Program-made: the position numbers and the translations under genes
Shown: positions 1 through 9,045 of the stretch, in pieces
Position numbering within the stretch: the stretch's first letter is position 1
How the letters are laid out: each line of letters begins with the position of its first letter
Notes under the pieces: generated by a model
What the model was told of the DNA's origin: nothing
Databases searched by the model: none
Seen by the model: only the letters and a program-made list of their open reading frames with translations
From: Bryobacteraceae bacterium
GTDB taxonomy: Bacteria; Acidobacteriota; Terriglobia; Bryobacterales; Bryobacteraceae
DNA length: 56,861 nucleotides
Assembly: GCA_030041035.1 (NCBI GenBank)
Contig: JASHOO010000242.1
Span: 1-56,861, forward strand
Direction of reading: 5' to 3'

Positions 1-920
1 GCTTCGGTAATGAGTCCCACGGCGCCAGTGAGGATGCCGGCTTCGCGCCGAATGCGGTCCGCAAACGGGACCTGGTAGCCGGGGCCAAGCTGGATCCTGG
101 CGTCGAGGACGTTCCCGCCTGAGGAGCAATCGATTAAATCGACGCCGCGCTCGCGCAACCGCACGGCGAGCGCCACGGAGTCGTCGAGCGTCCATCCACC
201 TTCGGCCCAATCAGTGGCGGAGATCCGCATGAACAGCGGCTGGCTCTCGGGCCAGTTGCGCCGCACGGCGTCGGCGATTTCGAGGGCGAAGCGGATCCGG
301 TTTTCGAATGTGCCGCCGTAGTTGTCCGTGCGGTGATTCGACGCCGGTGAGAGAAATTCGTTGATCAGGTATCCATGCGCGCCGTGAATTTCCAGCACTT
401 CGAAGCCGGCAGCGTGGACGCGCCGGGTAGCCGCAGCGTAGGCCTCCAGGATGTTGTCAATGTCGCTCCGGCTCATTTCAACGGGCGCCGGGTCGCCGGG
501 TCGGAAGGGAATCGCACTCGGAGCCACGGTCTGCCATCCGCCCTGATGCTGCGGAATGGGCGCGCCGCCTTCCCAAGGCACGCGCGTGCTGCCCTTGCGT
601 CCGGCGTGCGCGATCTGCATGCCCGGGATTGCACCCTGCTGCTTCACGAACGCGGCAATGCGGGAGAGATTCCCGATGTGCTCGTCCTTCCAGATGCCGA
701 GATCGTTCGGACTGATGCGTCCGCGCGCCTCAACCGCGGTCGCTTCTGTGAAGACCAACGCCGCACCGCCCACGGCGCGGCTGCCCAGATGCACCAGGTG
801 CCAGTCATTGGCGAATCCGTCGTCGCTCGAATACTGGCACATGGGCGAGACGGCGATGCGGTTACGGAATGTGACACCGCGAATGGCGAGCGGGGCGAAC
901 AGGTGCGGTTGATTGGGCAC
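1..920 (-). CDS. NADH:flavin oxidoreductase, Old Yellow Enzyme family (C-terminus runs off the window edge)
   Basis: My minus-strand translation reads (GTG)PNQPHLFAPLAIRGVTFRNRIAVSPMCQYSS...WHLVHLGSRAVGGAALVFTEATAV...EIHGAHGYLINEFLSPASNHRTDNYGGTFENR, which are typical OYE/NamA motifs. An in-frame TGA lies just upstream of the GTG at 918-920. It is missing from the ORF track because no stop lies inside the window. Confidence 0.85.
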   Translation of the reverse strand, partial: MPNQPHLFAPLAIRGVTFRNRIAVSPMCQYSSDDGFANDWHLVHLGSRAVGGAALVFTEATAVEARGRISPNDLGIWKDEHIGNLSRIAAFVKQQGAIPGMQIAHAGRKGSTRVPWEGGAPIPQHQGGWQTVAPSAIPFRPGDPAPVEMSRSDIDNILEAYAAATRRVHAAGFEVLEIHGAHGYLINEFLSPASNHRTDNYGGTFENRIRFALEIADAVRRNWPESQPLFMRISATDWAEGGWTLDDSVALAVRLRERGVDLIDCSSGGNVLDARIQLGPGYQVPFADRIRREAGILTGAVGLITE

Positions 921-937
921 AGGAATTCAGCGGGCGG

Positions 938-2083
938 CTAGTGCTGGCTCCAATGCGCTTTGATGCCGATATAGTCATCGTCCGGGAGATTCGCCAGGAT
1001 GAGCCGGCGCAATTCGATGGGATCGATTGTGCCCTGATGCTGGAACGCGATCGTGCCATCGGGCCGGATGAGCACAGTGTACGGCACGCCGGCGTTCCAG
1101 TTGGGGTCGAACGCGGCCATCAGGGCGTAGTTATCGGTGGTTCCAAACAGCAAATTCCGGCTGGAGGCGTGCTGTCTGTCGAGCTCCGTGAGCACTCCCT
1201 TCTTCTCATCCGGATAGTTCGTGGCCACTGTAACCAGATCGAACGCGCGGTGACGGTACATGCGGAACATGGTCTGGAACTCGGGAAACTGCTTCACGCA
1301 GGGGCCGCACCACGTCGCCCAGAAATCCACGAGCAGCACCTTGCCGGTCGCCGCGCGGAGCGCCTTGAAGCCCGCAGCGTCAACCAGGTCCACTTTCACG
1401 GGCTCCTTTTCGATCTCGGCCATCTCGGCGGCGCGGCCCTCTTCCTTCGATGCCCACTTAATGGAACAACCGAAAGTGGGTGTCTTCTGCGCGGGAACCG
1501 GTTTATCGGCGAGCACAGCTTCAATGGCGTTGCGGGCATCCTGCCGCTTCACCAGGGCCACACGCGAGCTGTCGTCCAGGCGCCCCTGGTAGCGCAGCTT
1601 GCGCTCCTGATCGAAGACAAAAACGTGTGGAGTCGCAGTGGGCCCGTACTTGCGCGCGGTCGCCTGGGTTTCGCCATCGTAAAGATAAGGAAAATTGAAA
1701 TGGCTGTACCTGGCTCGAATTTTCATCTCTTCGAAAGAATCGGACAGGTCCGTGTAACCCATTTCGTCGAGGCGGACGGACTTCGGATCGTTGGGCTGGA
1801 TGGCCACCACGGCAACGCTGCGGTCGTGATAGTCAGAGGCGAGCTTCTTAATCCGCTCCTCGTAAAGTTGGGCGGTTGGGCAATGGTCGCAGGTGAAGAC
1901 AATGGCGAGGACCTTGCTGCCGGCGAAATCGGCCAGATGGTAAGTCTTCCCGTCGACTGCGGGTAGAGTGAAGTCAGGCGCCGAAGCTCCAGTTGCCAGA
2001 GTGGGAGGGTTTTCCTCCGTGGCGCACCAAACCGCCGGAGCGAGCATCAATAGAAAGGAAGCGAGCCGAACTTTCACAGCCAT
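938..2083 (-). CDS. Secreted two-domain thioredoxin-like (TlpA/redoxin) protein
   Basis: 381 aa ORF with an N-terminal signal peptide (MAVKVRLASFLLMLAPAVWC). It has two redoxin-like halves, the first with CDHC and the second with the classic WCGPC. Confidence 0.8.
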   Translation of the reverse strand: MAVKVRLASFLLMLAPAVWCATEENPPTLATGASAPDFTLPAVDGKTYHLADFAGSKVLAIVFTCDHCPTAQLYEERIKKLASDYHDRSVAVVAIQPNDPKSVRLDEMGYTDLSDSFEEMKIRARYSHFNFPYLYDGETQATARKYGPTATPHVFVFDQERKLRYQGRLDDSSRVALVKRQDARNAIEAVLADKPVPAQKTPTFGCSIKWASKEEGRAAEMAEIEKEPVKVDLVDAAGFKALRAATGKVLLVDFWATWCGPCVKQFPEFQTMFRMYRHRAFDLVTVATNYPDEKKGVLTELDRQHASSRNLLFGTTDNYALMAAFDPNWNAGVPYTVLIRPDGTIAFQHQGTIDPIELRRLILANLPDDDYIGIKAHWSQH

Positions 2084-2092
2084 GATCTCCCC

Positions 2093-2953
2093 TCAGCCGT
2101 GCACTTTCTTAAACGCCGCCAGGCACTTTTCTGCGGTTTCGAGCTCCGGATACCGGCTGCCTTCCTGCTCGATCAGATAGAATTCCACGCCGCCGGTCGA
2201 TTCCGCCGCCTCAAAGATTTTCTTCCAGGGCGCCACGCCCTCACCGAACAGGGCTTTGTAACCCACGTTGGGATCGCGCGACCAGTCCTTGCAGTGAATG
2301 GAGCGAATGCGGCCGGGATTCCTGTCGATCCACGCAACCGGATCGGAGCCGGCCTCGATGCAGGTGCCGACGTCGAGCTGCAGCATCACATCTTTATTCG
2401 TATTGGCGGCAAGCACTTCGATGGGCCGCTGTCCATCAATCACTTTGAACTCGGCCTGGTGGTTGTGATAGCCGGTCCGCATCCCGAGCGGCTGCAACTT
2501 TTCCGAAGCCTTGTTGAGGCGTTCGGCGACTTCCTTCCAGCCATCGAGGCCTTTGACGCGCCCTGCGCTGGCCAGCACGATATATTTGCTGCCGATGATC
2601 TGGTTCAGGTCGATGGCGCGCTGGATGCCGGCGTTTTCGAACGATTGCGAGTCATTGTGCGTCGATAGGCAGGTGATGCCGAGATCGTCCAGAAGCTTCC
2701 GGACGTCCTTCGCTTGGGCTTCGGTCCACTGGTAGTAGGGCGCGAAGAATTCTACATTCTGATAACCCATCTTGGCTACCGCGCGCACCGTTCCCGTAAG
2801 GTCCTTCTTCAGTTCATCGCGGACTGAGTAGAGCTCCAGACCGACCGGAATGTTCTTACCGGCCGCTGAAACCACGGGAAGCGCAACGCTTAGGGCGAGA
2901 AAAGAGCGTCGGGAAAGGGAGTATTCTGGTCTCATCGTTGCCAACAATATCAC
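2093..2953 (-). CDS. Sugar phosphate isomerase/epimerase (xylose-isomerase-like TIM barrel) with Tat-type leader
   Basis: 286 aa. The leader SRRSFLALSVALPVVSAAG is followed by LELYSVRDEL...GYQNVEF...YHNH...LDVGT, the typical AP-endonuclease-2/xylose isomerase-like pattern. Confidence 0.8.
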   Translation of the reverse strand: MILLATMRPEYSLSRRSFLALSVALPVVSAAGKNIPVGLELYSVRDELKKDLTGTVRAVAKMGYQNVEFFAPYYQWTEAQAKDVRKLLDDLGITCLSTHNDSQSFENAGIQRAIDLNQIIGSKYIVLASAGRVKGLDGWKEVAERLNKASEKLQPLGMRTGYHNHQAEFKVIDGQRPIEVLAANTNKDVMLQLDVGTCIEAGSDPVAWIDRNPGRIRSIHCKDWSRDPNVGYKALFGEGVAPWKKIFEAAESTGGVEFYLIEQEGSRYPELETAEKCLAAFKKVHG

Positions 2954-2968
2954 AGAGAATTTCGCGCG

Positions 2969-5098
2969 TCAGCGGGTGATGATCGCGACCTCATAATCCT
3001 GCACCTCCGGAACTGTGAACTCTACGGTCCGGCCCGAGCGCTTCAGCGGAACAGAACTGCCAGCTCTCAAGAGATCTACACGAGCGCCGTCGATACCTTC
3101 AGGAAGCTCAGCGCGCACGCGCTGTGGCCCGATCGGGTACGTGCGGGTGAACCATCCCCGGAGCATGTTGGGATTTGTGTAGTTCAGCAGGTGCAGCGCA
3201 AATCCGGGCTCGGTTTCCCAGGCGAACACCTCGATCATGCCGTCGCCCGTGACGCTCACTGGTGCACGGTCGCGGATGAGCCATGCGATGACGTTCCGCG
3301 TGAGGCGGCTGAGATCCGGATCACCGGAACGCCAGAAGCTGCGGTCCACGTCACCGGGAATGTAAGCGAGACGGCTGTGGCCATGCTCGCGCAGGACAAT
3401 GGCGGGTTCCGCTGTAATTTCGACGCGAGGATAAACCATCTCAGGCGGAAATGCGGGGTATGGCGGCAGCACGGCGAGAACCAGCTCCGCACCAGAGGCC
3501 TCGACAGGCACGCGAAACTCGGCGCCGGGCAGCACGGAGGTGTTTTCGAATCCGCGGAGGATCTCATGCTGGCGCAGAATCCGGGCGTAGTACGAGTTGC
3601 CCTTCGGCCCCTGGACGCCGGCCGTTCTGTTCATTTCAAACAATCGAGCCAGGCCGAAGTCAGCGCGCGGCTTTCCGCGTTCATCGTAGAGTCCGGTCTC
3701 GAACGTCGCGAACAGCGACCCTCCGCCGGCCGCGTATGCCTCGAGCTGACGGCATTGGTGGTCGCTCAGTAGCGCGACATTCGGGAGCAGAAGAGCTGCG
3801 TATTTTTCGAGAGTTTCCGGGCCCAGATCGTCCTCGTGCACAAAGTCGAAGGGATAGCGGGCTTCGAGCAAGGCGTAGTAGAGGCCTTGCAGAAACTCGC
3901 TTGGATCGCTTCCTCCGGGCGGCTGGTAGAAAGCGTTGCCGCGCTCGGAAAAGACCACGCCGATATTGGCGATCGACCGCCGGTTGACGAAGTTTCGCTC
4001 ATGCTGAGCGATCCAATGGAAGAATTTCTGTCCGGTTTCCCGCCAGCGCAAGTCCTTCGGCGCGCCGCCCAGCCAGTGATACCAGGGCACCACGCCGCTG
4101 GCAGTGGTTTGGGCCATCCACATGGTTGCTTCCTCGGGCGCTTTCGAGGTGTGACGCCACAACGGATGGCTGTTCGCGTAAGCTCCGGTGACGTTCGTGA
4201 TCGTTCGGCCCTGCATGACACACTGCGCCACCCGTCCCTGCTGCGCGCAGTCCCAAATGGGCGTGCTGCCGGTTCGTCCCTGATGATCGGCGTTGAACCA
4301 GCCGGCGACGCTTGCAATTCGCCTTAAGTCAAGCGAGGCGCGAATTCCACCGCCGAGATTTCCGACATAGACGCTGTCCCACTTTTTCTGCCTAGCTGTT
4401 GAGTCCCACAACTTCCAGATGTCGATCACCCGTTCCAAGTGGCGATCGCGAAACTCAGGGGTGCCCGGCTCTCCCATCTCCCGGCATTCCGAACAGCGGC
4501 ATGGTGAAGGTGCTTCGGTCCCCGGCCACCCGTTCGTGAAGAACCCGTCGACATCGTAAAGCGAATTGATCTCGCGGATGATGGCCGGCATCTGCCCGGT
4601 AAAATACTCCGAATACATGCACGTCTTGTAAAGCCACGGGGATTGATCGTGGCGCACGGGCTCGCCATCCGCGTTGCGCTCAAACCATTCCGGATGCGCT
4701 TTCCACGCTTCCTCCCAGGCGTAGTTGCAATCGAGCCGCGCGACAACGCGAATCCCACGCGCCGTGGCGGCTTTGGCGAAATCGCCAAAGAGATCGCGAT
4801 CTCCGAGATATTGGCTCTTGTGGTGATACGGGAGGCGAGTGGGATAGAAAGCCAGGATCCCGCCGGCATTCAGCAGGAGCGCGTTAATTTTCAGACTGGT
4901 CCAGTAGTCCAGCCACTCGTCGATGTTCAGCTCAATCGGGTCGCGCTCGTTGAAATTCACCTGGCCGCAGCGTCGCATGCTCTGGTACCACGGAATCCGG
5001 TCGCCGGCTGCCTGCGCGGCAAGGATTCCTTGGCCCAGTGCGGCGCCGGAGAGGATCATCCATTCGCGGCGGGAGATGGTCATCGCGTTCTCCGACAT
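2969..5098 (-). CDS. Tat-signal protein, putative glycoside-hydrolase-like enzyme (GH42/GHL-type barrel plus trimerisation-like C-terminal part)
   Basis: 709 aa uninterrupted ORF with leader SRREWMILSGAALGQGILAAQA and protein-like composition. The function is only a family-level guess. The ATG at 5083 is an alternative start. Confidence 0.6.
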   Translation of the reverse strand: MSENAMTISRREWMILSGAALGQGILAAQAAGDRIPWYQSMRRCGQVNFNERDPIELNIDEWLDYWTSLKINALLLNAGGILAFYPTRLPYHHKSQYLGDRDLFGDFAKAATARGIRVVARLDCNYAWEEAWKAHPEWFERNADGEPVRHDQSPWLYKTCMYSEYFTGQMPAIIREINSLYDVDGFFTNGWPGTEAPSPCRCSECREMGEPGTPEFRDRHLERVIDIWKLWDSTARQKKWDSVYVGNLGGGIRASLDLRRIASVAGWFNADHQGRTGSTPIWDCAQQGRVAQCVMQGRTITNVTGAYANSHPLWRHTSKAPEEATMWMAQTTASGVVPWYHWLGGAPKDLRWRETGQKFFHWIAQHERNFVNRRSIANIGVVFSERGNAFYQPPGGSDPSEFLQGLYYALLEARYPFDFVHEDDLGPETLEKYAALLLPNVALLSDHQCRQLEAYAAGGGSLFATFETGLYDERGKPRADFGLARLFEMNRTAGVQGPKGNSYYARILRQHEILRGFENTSVLPGAEFRVPVEASGAELVLAVLPPYPAFPPEMVYPRVEITAEPAIVLREHGHSRLAYIPGDVDRSFWRSGDPDLSRLTRNVIAWLIRDRAPVSVTGDGMIEVFAWETEPGFALHLLNYTNPNMLRGWFTRTYPIGPQRVRAELPEGIDGARVDLLRAGSSVPLKRSGRTVEFTVPEVQDYEVAIITR

Positions 5099-5136
5099 AT
5101 ACTCTAACGTGAACCGGATTGGAGGAGTGCAACTTT

Positions 5137-6297
5137 ATGCCCGAACAAGACATGCAGCCGGCTTCCGGCCGCCGCCATCTCGCTAAGACCGTGGCCCTGG
5201 GAGGAGCGTGGCTCGCCATGCGGCCTGGTTTGAGCGCTGCCGATCGGACTCAGGCTTCGCTAGATACCATCCTCAATGCGCGCCACTTCGGTGCCAAGGG
5301 AGACGGCAAGAGCGACGACACGAAGCCGCTCGAAAACGCGATTGATGTGGCCGCATCGCGCGGCACTGCGGTATTCCTGCCGCCCGGCGTTTATCGCTGC
5401 GCCGAGTTGCAGATGCGGCCCCACGTCTCACTCATCGGAGTTCCGGCGTGGGATTATGAGCACGGGTTCGGCTCTGTGATCCGGCTCGCCGATGAACATG
5501 CCGGCTGTCTGCTGAACATAACCGGCGCGTTTGGCGCCACCATCGACGGGCTTGCGCTCGATGGCGGCAAGCTGGGCAAAGGCGTGCATGGCGTCTGGCT
5601 GAACAAGCCGGACTACGGCAAGCAGGAAGACACGTTTCGCATCGAACGATCGCAGATTGCCAATTTCACGGGCGACGGCGTGCGTCTCACACGCGCCTGG
5701 TGTTTCTCGATCCGCCATTGCATGATCGCTTACAACGGTGGCGACGGCATCTCACTTCGCGGATGGGATGGGTTCCTGCTGGACAACTGGCTCTCGGGAA
5801 ACACGGGAGCCGGCTTTGCTGCGCGTCAAGAAAATGCCTCCTGCACCTTCACCGCTAACCGCATCGAATGGAATCGTGAAGGCATTCTGATCGCCGGCGG
5901 CGACGGCTACAACATCACCGGGAATTTCTTCGATCGCGCGGGAACCTGTGGGCTTGCAGTGCTGAACGGCCGGCAGATGACCATCAGCGGCAATTTCGTG
6001 AAACGCAGCGGGAAAAACGCGCAGCCCTACACGTACGATTCCTCGCAGATCCGGCTGGAAGGATGCCGCGGGATTACGTGCTGTGCAAACAACCTGGAGG
6101 TCGGGCGCGACGATAACGGAGAGGGTGTCTGGTCGCCTTCCTATGGCATCGTCTACAAAGGGCTGCGGAACTGCGTCATCAGCAATAATGTTCTCGATGA
6201 TGGCGCGCTCGCCGAGCTGCTGTTGGATTTGGGCGGCCACGGCGATGGCGCCATCGTGAAAGACAACCCCGGCTGCCTGGCGAAGCGCACCGGCTGA
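5137..6297 (+). CDS. Right-handed parallel beta-helix protein (pectate-lyase superfamily / GH28-related) with Tat-type leader
   Basis: ATG at 5137 is preceded by GGAGGAG (5121-5127). Leader is GRRHLAKTVALGGAWLA. It has the motif LNARHFGAKGDGKSDDTKPLENAI and repeated G-x-G/N-rich beta-helix turns. Confidence 0.75.
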   Translation: MPEQDMQPASGRRHLAKTVALGGAWLAMRPGLSAADRTQASLDTILNARHFGAKGDGKSDDTKPLENAIDVAASRGTAVFLPPGVYRCAELQMRPHVSLIGVPAWDYEHGFGSVIRLADEHAGCLLNITGAFGATIDGLALDGGKLGKGVHGVWLNKPDYGKQEDTFRIERSQIANFTGDGVRLTRAWCFSIRHCMIAYNGGDGISLRGWDGFLLDNWLSGNTGAGFAARQENASCTFTANRIEWNREGILIAGGDGYNITGNFFDRAGTCGLAVLNGRQMTISGNFVKRSGKNAQPYTYDSSQIRLEGCRGITCCANNLEVGRDDNGEGVWSPSYGIVYKGLRNCVISNNVLDDGALAELLLDLGGHGDGAIVKDNPGCLAKRTG

Positions 6298-6303
6298 ACC
6301 CAT

Positions 6304-8271
6304 TCAGCCCTTGGCCGCGCCGGTCAACTCTTGAATCGCGCGCCACGCCTGATCGATGGCGCCGTCGGTGTAAGCGTAGGCGCCCGCATCGGCATTGGCG
6401 ATCGCGAGGCGGCCGAACGGTTTGCGCGCCACTTCGCAGGGGATTTCGCCGCCTTCCAGCCAGAACTGGTCGAACAGCGAATTGTATTCGTAAGCGTAGC
6501 CGTGCGGCCAGCGATTCACCGTGATAGCGGCAATATCGCGCGCCGGATCGAAGCCTGCGCCCCCCAGCGCACGCGCCAGTTGGTCCCGGATATTGCGTTC
6601 GAAGGTTTCGAACGACGTCTGAAACAACTCGATCCGCCCGGCGCGATGCTGGTCGCGCGCGGGAAGCCCGGGCTTACAAGGCGTGCGCATCATGTGCACT
6701 ACGATGGGCTCTTGCGGTTTTCGCGGGCAGTGATAGTGACCCAGGCTCACGGCCAAATCGAGATTCAAACTCGTGTGATAACAACCCGGCGCATAGATGG
6801 CGCTCACCCCCGCTTTTTTCCAGGCACTCCAGTTTCGCAACACTACATTGGTATACACAATCGGCACTTTGGCTTCGGACGCGAGAGCTTTCCGTTGCTT
6901 CGCCGGGAGTTCCAAACAGATGTAAGGGATCACCATGTTCCAGCAAGCCAACACGCACTGTGCCGCACGCACACGTAGCAGCTTCCCGTGTTTGACATAT
7001 AGAATTTCGACTTGCCGCGCAGTAGCCGGGTCGCCTTCGTGCTTCACGCGCACCGCGGTGCTGTGCAATCGGAGGCGCGCTGTGTTATGTGCCTCGTCCA
7101 GCCGCGCATAATTGGCGCGCGACGTCAACACATCTTTCACCGAGTGCCCCGGAATCGCGTGCGGGACGAGCCGCCGCACCAGTAAACGAGCAATGGAAGC
7201 GTTCCCATCCGGCAGATGCAGAAAGAATTTCTCCGCTTCTTCGTTGGGGATGCAATCGCGGTTCATCCCCGGGCCGGGACCGGGTTCGAGCTTCATGCCG
7301 TCAAATCCGGGCAGACCGAACCCCCATGCATCCTGCGCGGCAACCGCATCGATCCCTACCCCGAAATATCCGTGCGGCCTTGCCTGGAAATACTTGAGCA
7401 CTTCGGGATCGAGGCCCGCCATCTCGGTCAGGAAGTGTGCATAGCTGATGCGTGCCAGTCTGGCTTTCTTTTCGGCGGAAGAAAGACCGGGCAAATAGTC
7501 GGTCTTGGATTGGTAAATAGCGCGCACATCCCGCCGAGCGGCGTCCGAAAGGGGCGCGTGCTCTATAAAATCTTTCCACGGATCCGCCATTTCCGGGCTT
7601 TCGCCCACTTCGCTATCGAGCGAATGCACCGGGTCCATGACCAGGCGGTCGGCGCCGAATGTCTCCTTGTCGAAAAACACGGCGTGGCGCATCCCGAGCG
7701 AGCCGTATAGCCTGCGGTCATTAGTCCGCTGCAAGACTTCGACGTCGATGCCCAGTTCGCGAACCAGCCCTTTGGCGACGGCGCTGTAGGGCGCAGGACT
7801 TTCGATGGCGTAGGTACCTCCGTATCCCAATAGCATGCGGCCGGTCTGCCGGAACTCGTTGCGCTTGGCGTGACCGCCGAAGTCATCGTGGTTGTCCAGG
7901 ATCAAAATGCGCGCGTGCGTCCCGGCGGCCTTGCGGAAGAAGTGCGCGGCAGAGAGGCCGCTGATGCCCCCGCCCACCACCACCAGGTCATAAGTCTCTC
8001 CGGTTTCTTCCGGCTCCCCGGCGTGCTCCCAGAAGGTTCCGTCGCGGACCTGATGCGCCACTTCGAAAGACCCCTCATGGCTGCCGCGCATTCCGGTGAG
8101 CACGGGAGGATAGTAGTCCGGCGAGGTTTCCGCAACGCGTTCGACCTCGAATCCCAGTCCCGGTTGCGGCACCACGGCCGCGCCCACTGCCAGCGCGATC
8201 CCATTCAGGAAATCGCGCCGCCCAATGGAACGGCCCATTCCCAGCACTCGGTCGCGCGAATTGCCACTCAT
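6304..8271 (-). CDS. FAD/NAD(P)-binding oxidoreductase (spermidine-dehydrogenase-like) with Tat-type leader
   Basis: Leader is GRRDFLNGIALAVGAAV and the dinucleotide fold is DLVVVGGGISGLSAAHFF. The ATG at 8271 is preceded by AGGAAA. The track ORF extends further, to 8343. Confidence 0.75.
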   Translation of the reverse strand: MSGNSRDRVLGMGRSIGRRDFLNGIALAVGAAVVPQPGLGFEVERVAETSPDYYPPVLTGMRGSHEGSFEVAHQVRDGTFWEHAGEPEETGETYDLVVVGGGISGLSAAHFFRKAAGTHARILILDNHDDFGGHAKRNEFRQTGRMLLGYGGTYAIESPAPYSAVAKGLVRELGIDVEVLQRTNDRRLYGSLGMRHAVFFDKETFGADRLVMDPVHSLDSEVGESPEMADPWKDFIEHAPLSDAARRDVRAIYQSKTDYLPGLSSAEKKARLARISYAHFLTEMAGLDPEVLKYFQARPHGYFGVGIDAVAAQDAWGFGLPGFDGMKLEPGPGPGMNRDCIPNEEAEKFFLHLPDGNASIARLLVRRLVPHAIPGHSVKDVLTSRANYARLDEAHNTARLRLHSTAVRVKHEGDPATARQVEILYVKHGKLLRVRAAQCVLACWNMVIPYICLELPAKQRKALASEAKVPIVYTNVVLRNWSAWKKAGVSAIYAPGCYHTSLNLDLAVSLGHYHCPRKPQEPIVVHMMRTPCKPGLPARDQHRAGRIELFQTSFETFERNIRDQLARALGGAGFDPARDIAAITVNRWPHGYAYEYNSLFDQFWLEGGEIPCEVARKPFGRLAIANADAGAYAYTDGAIDQAWRAIQELTGAAKG

Positions 8272-8540
8272 CTTTTCCTGGTTAACGAGTCTATCAGCAC
8301 GCGTCAGCCGCGCATGAGAAGGGTTGCTGGACAAGCCTGACAACCGTGCGCCGCGACGACGACGGGCCCATCGAGGTTACGCAGTCCCATTCGAGCGGGG
8401 TGCAGATCGAGACATTCGGAATCGTTTGTTAAGCTGCCTTTACAATCTCTTACGGTCCGATCAGTGCTCCGCAGCGTCTTCCCGAGTGTGAAGGCGGTAT
8501 TTCAGAAACCGCTGCAAAAAACGAAACTTAGGAGACAGAC

Positions 8541-8930
8541 ATGCGTAACAAAATGAGGATTCTGGGCTTAGCGGTCTTATTCGGCAGCGTCGCCGCCCTG
8601 TTGCCGTCGCTGGCTAAGGCGGACAATGCGAATCAAGAGACGACGATAGAGTTCAGTGGACCGGTTCAGGTACCTGGGATGGTTCTTCCACCTGGACAAT
8701 ACGTCTTCAAACTGGCCGACAACGAGTCGAGCCGGGACATCGTGCAGATTTTCAATCAGGATCAGACCCAGATTCTAGCGACTATTCTCGCCGTACCCGC
8801 CTCTCGGCCTGAAGCAACGGGCGATCCGGCGATCATACTTGACGAACAGCCCAATGGAAATCCCGAAACCATCGGGGAGTGGTTTTTCGCTGGAGAAACG
8901 GCAGGCGTGCAGTTTGTCTACCAACCGTAG
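8541..8930 (+). CDS. Small secreted hypothetical protein
   Basis: 129 aa. GGAGA lies upstream of the ATG and the signal peptide is MRILGLAVLFGSVAALLPSLAKA. Confidence 0.65.
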   Translation: MRNKMRILGLAVLFGSVAALLPSLAKADNANQETTIEFSGPVQVPGMVLPPGQYVFKLADNESSRDIVQIFNQDQTQILATILAVPASRPEATGDPAIILDEQPNGNPETIGEWFFAGETAGVQFVYQP

Positions 8931-8963
8931 CTGACCGTCAAACTCGAGTGGCCTGACCTACCT

Positions 8964-8998
8964 GCATGAGATAGCGGGCTTGACCTTCTATCTCATGC
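8964..8998. terminator. Perfect 11-bp stem hairpin between convergent genes (candidate bidirectional terminator)
   Basis: gcatgagatag (8964-8974) and ctatctcatgc (8988-8998) are exact reverse complements separated by a 13-nt loop. The hairpin lies between the 3' ends of 8541..8930(+) and 9046..9660(-). Only a weak T-run follows. Confidence 0.45.
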
Positions 8999-9045
8999 CA
9001 TACACTTTTCCAGAAAACTGAGAAGCGACCGTGCAGTGCCGGTTA

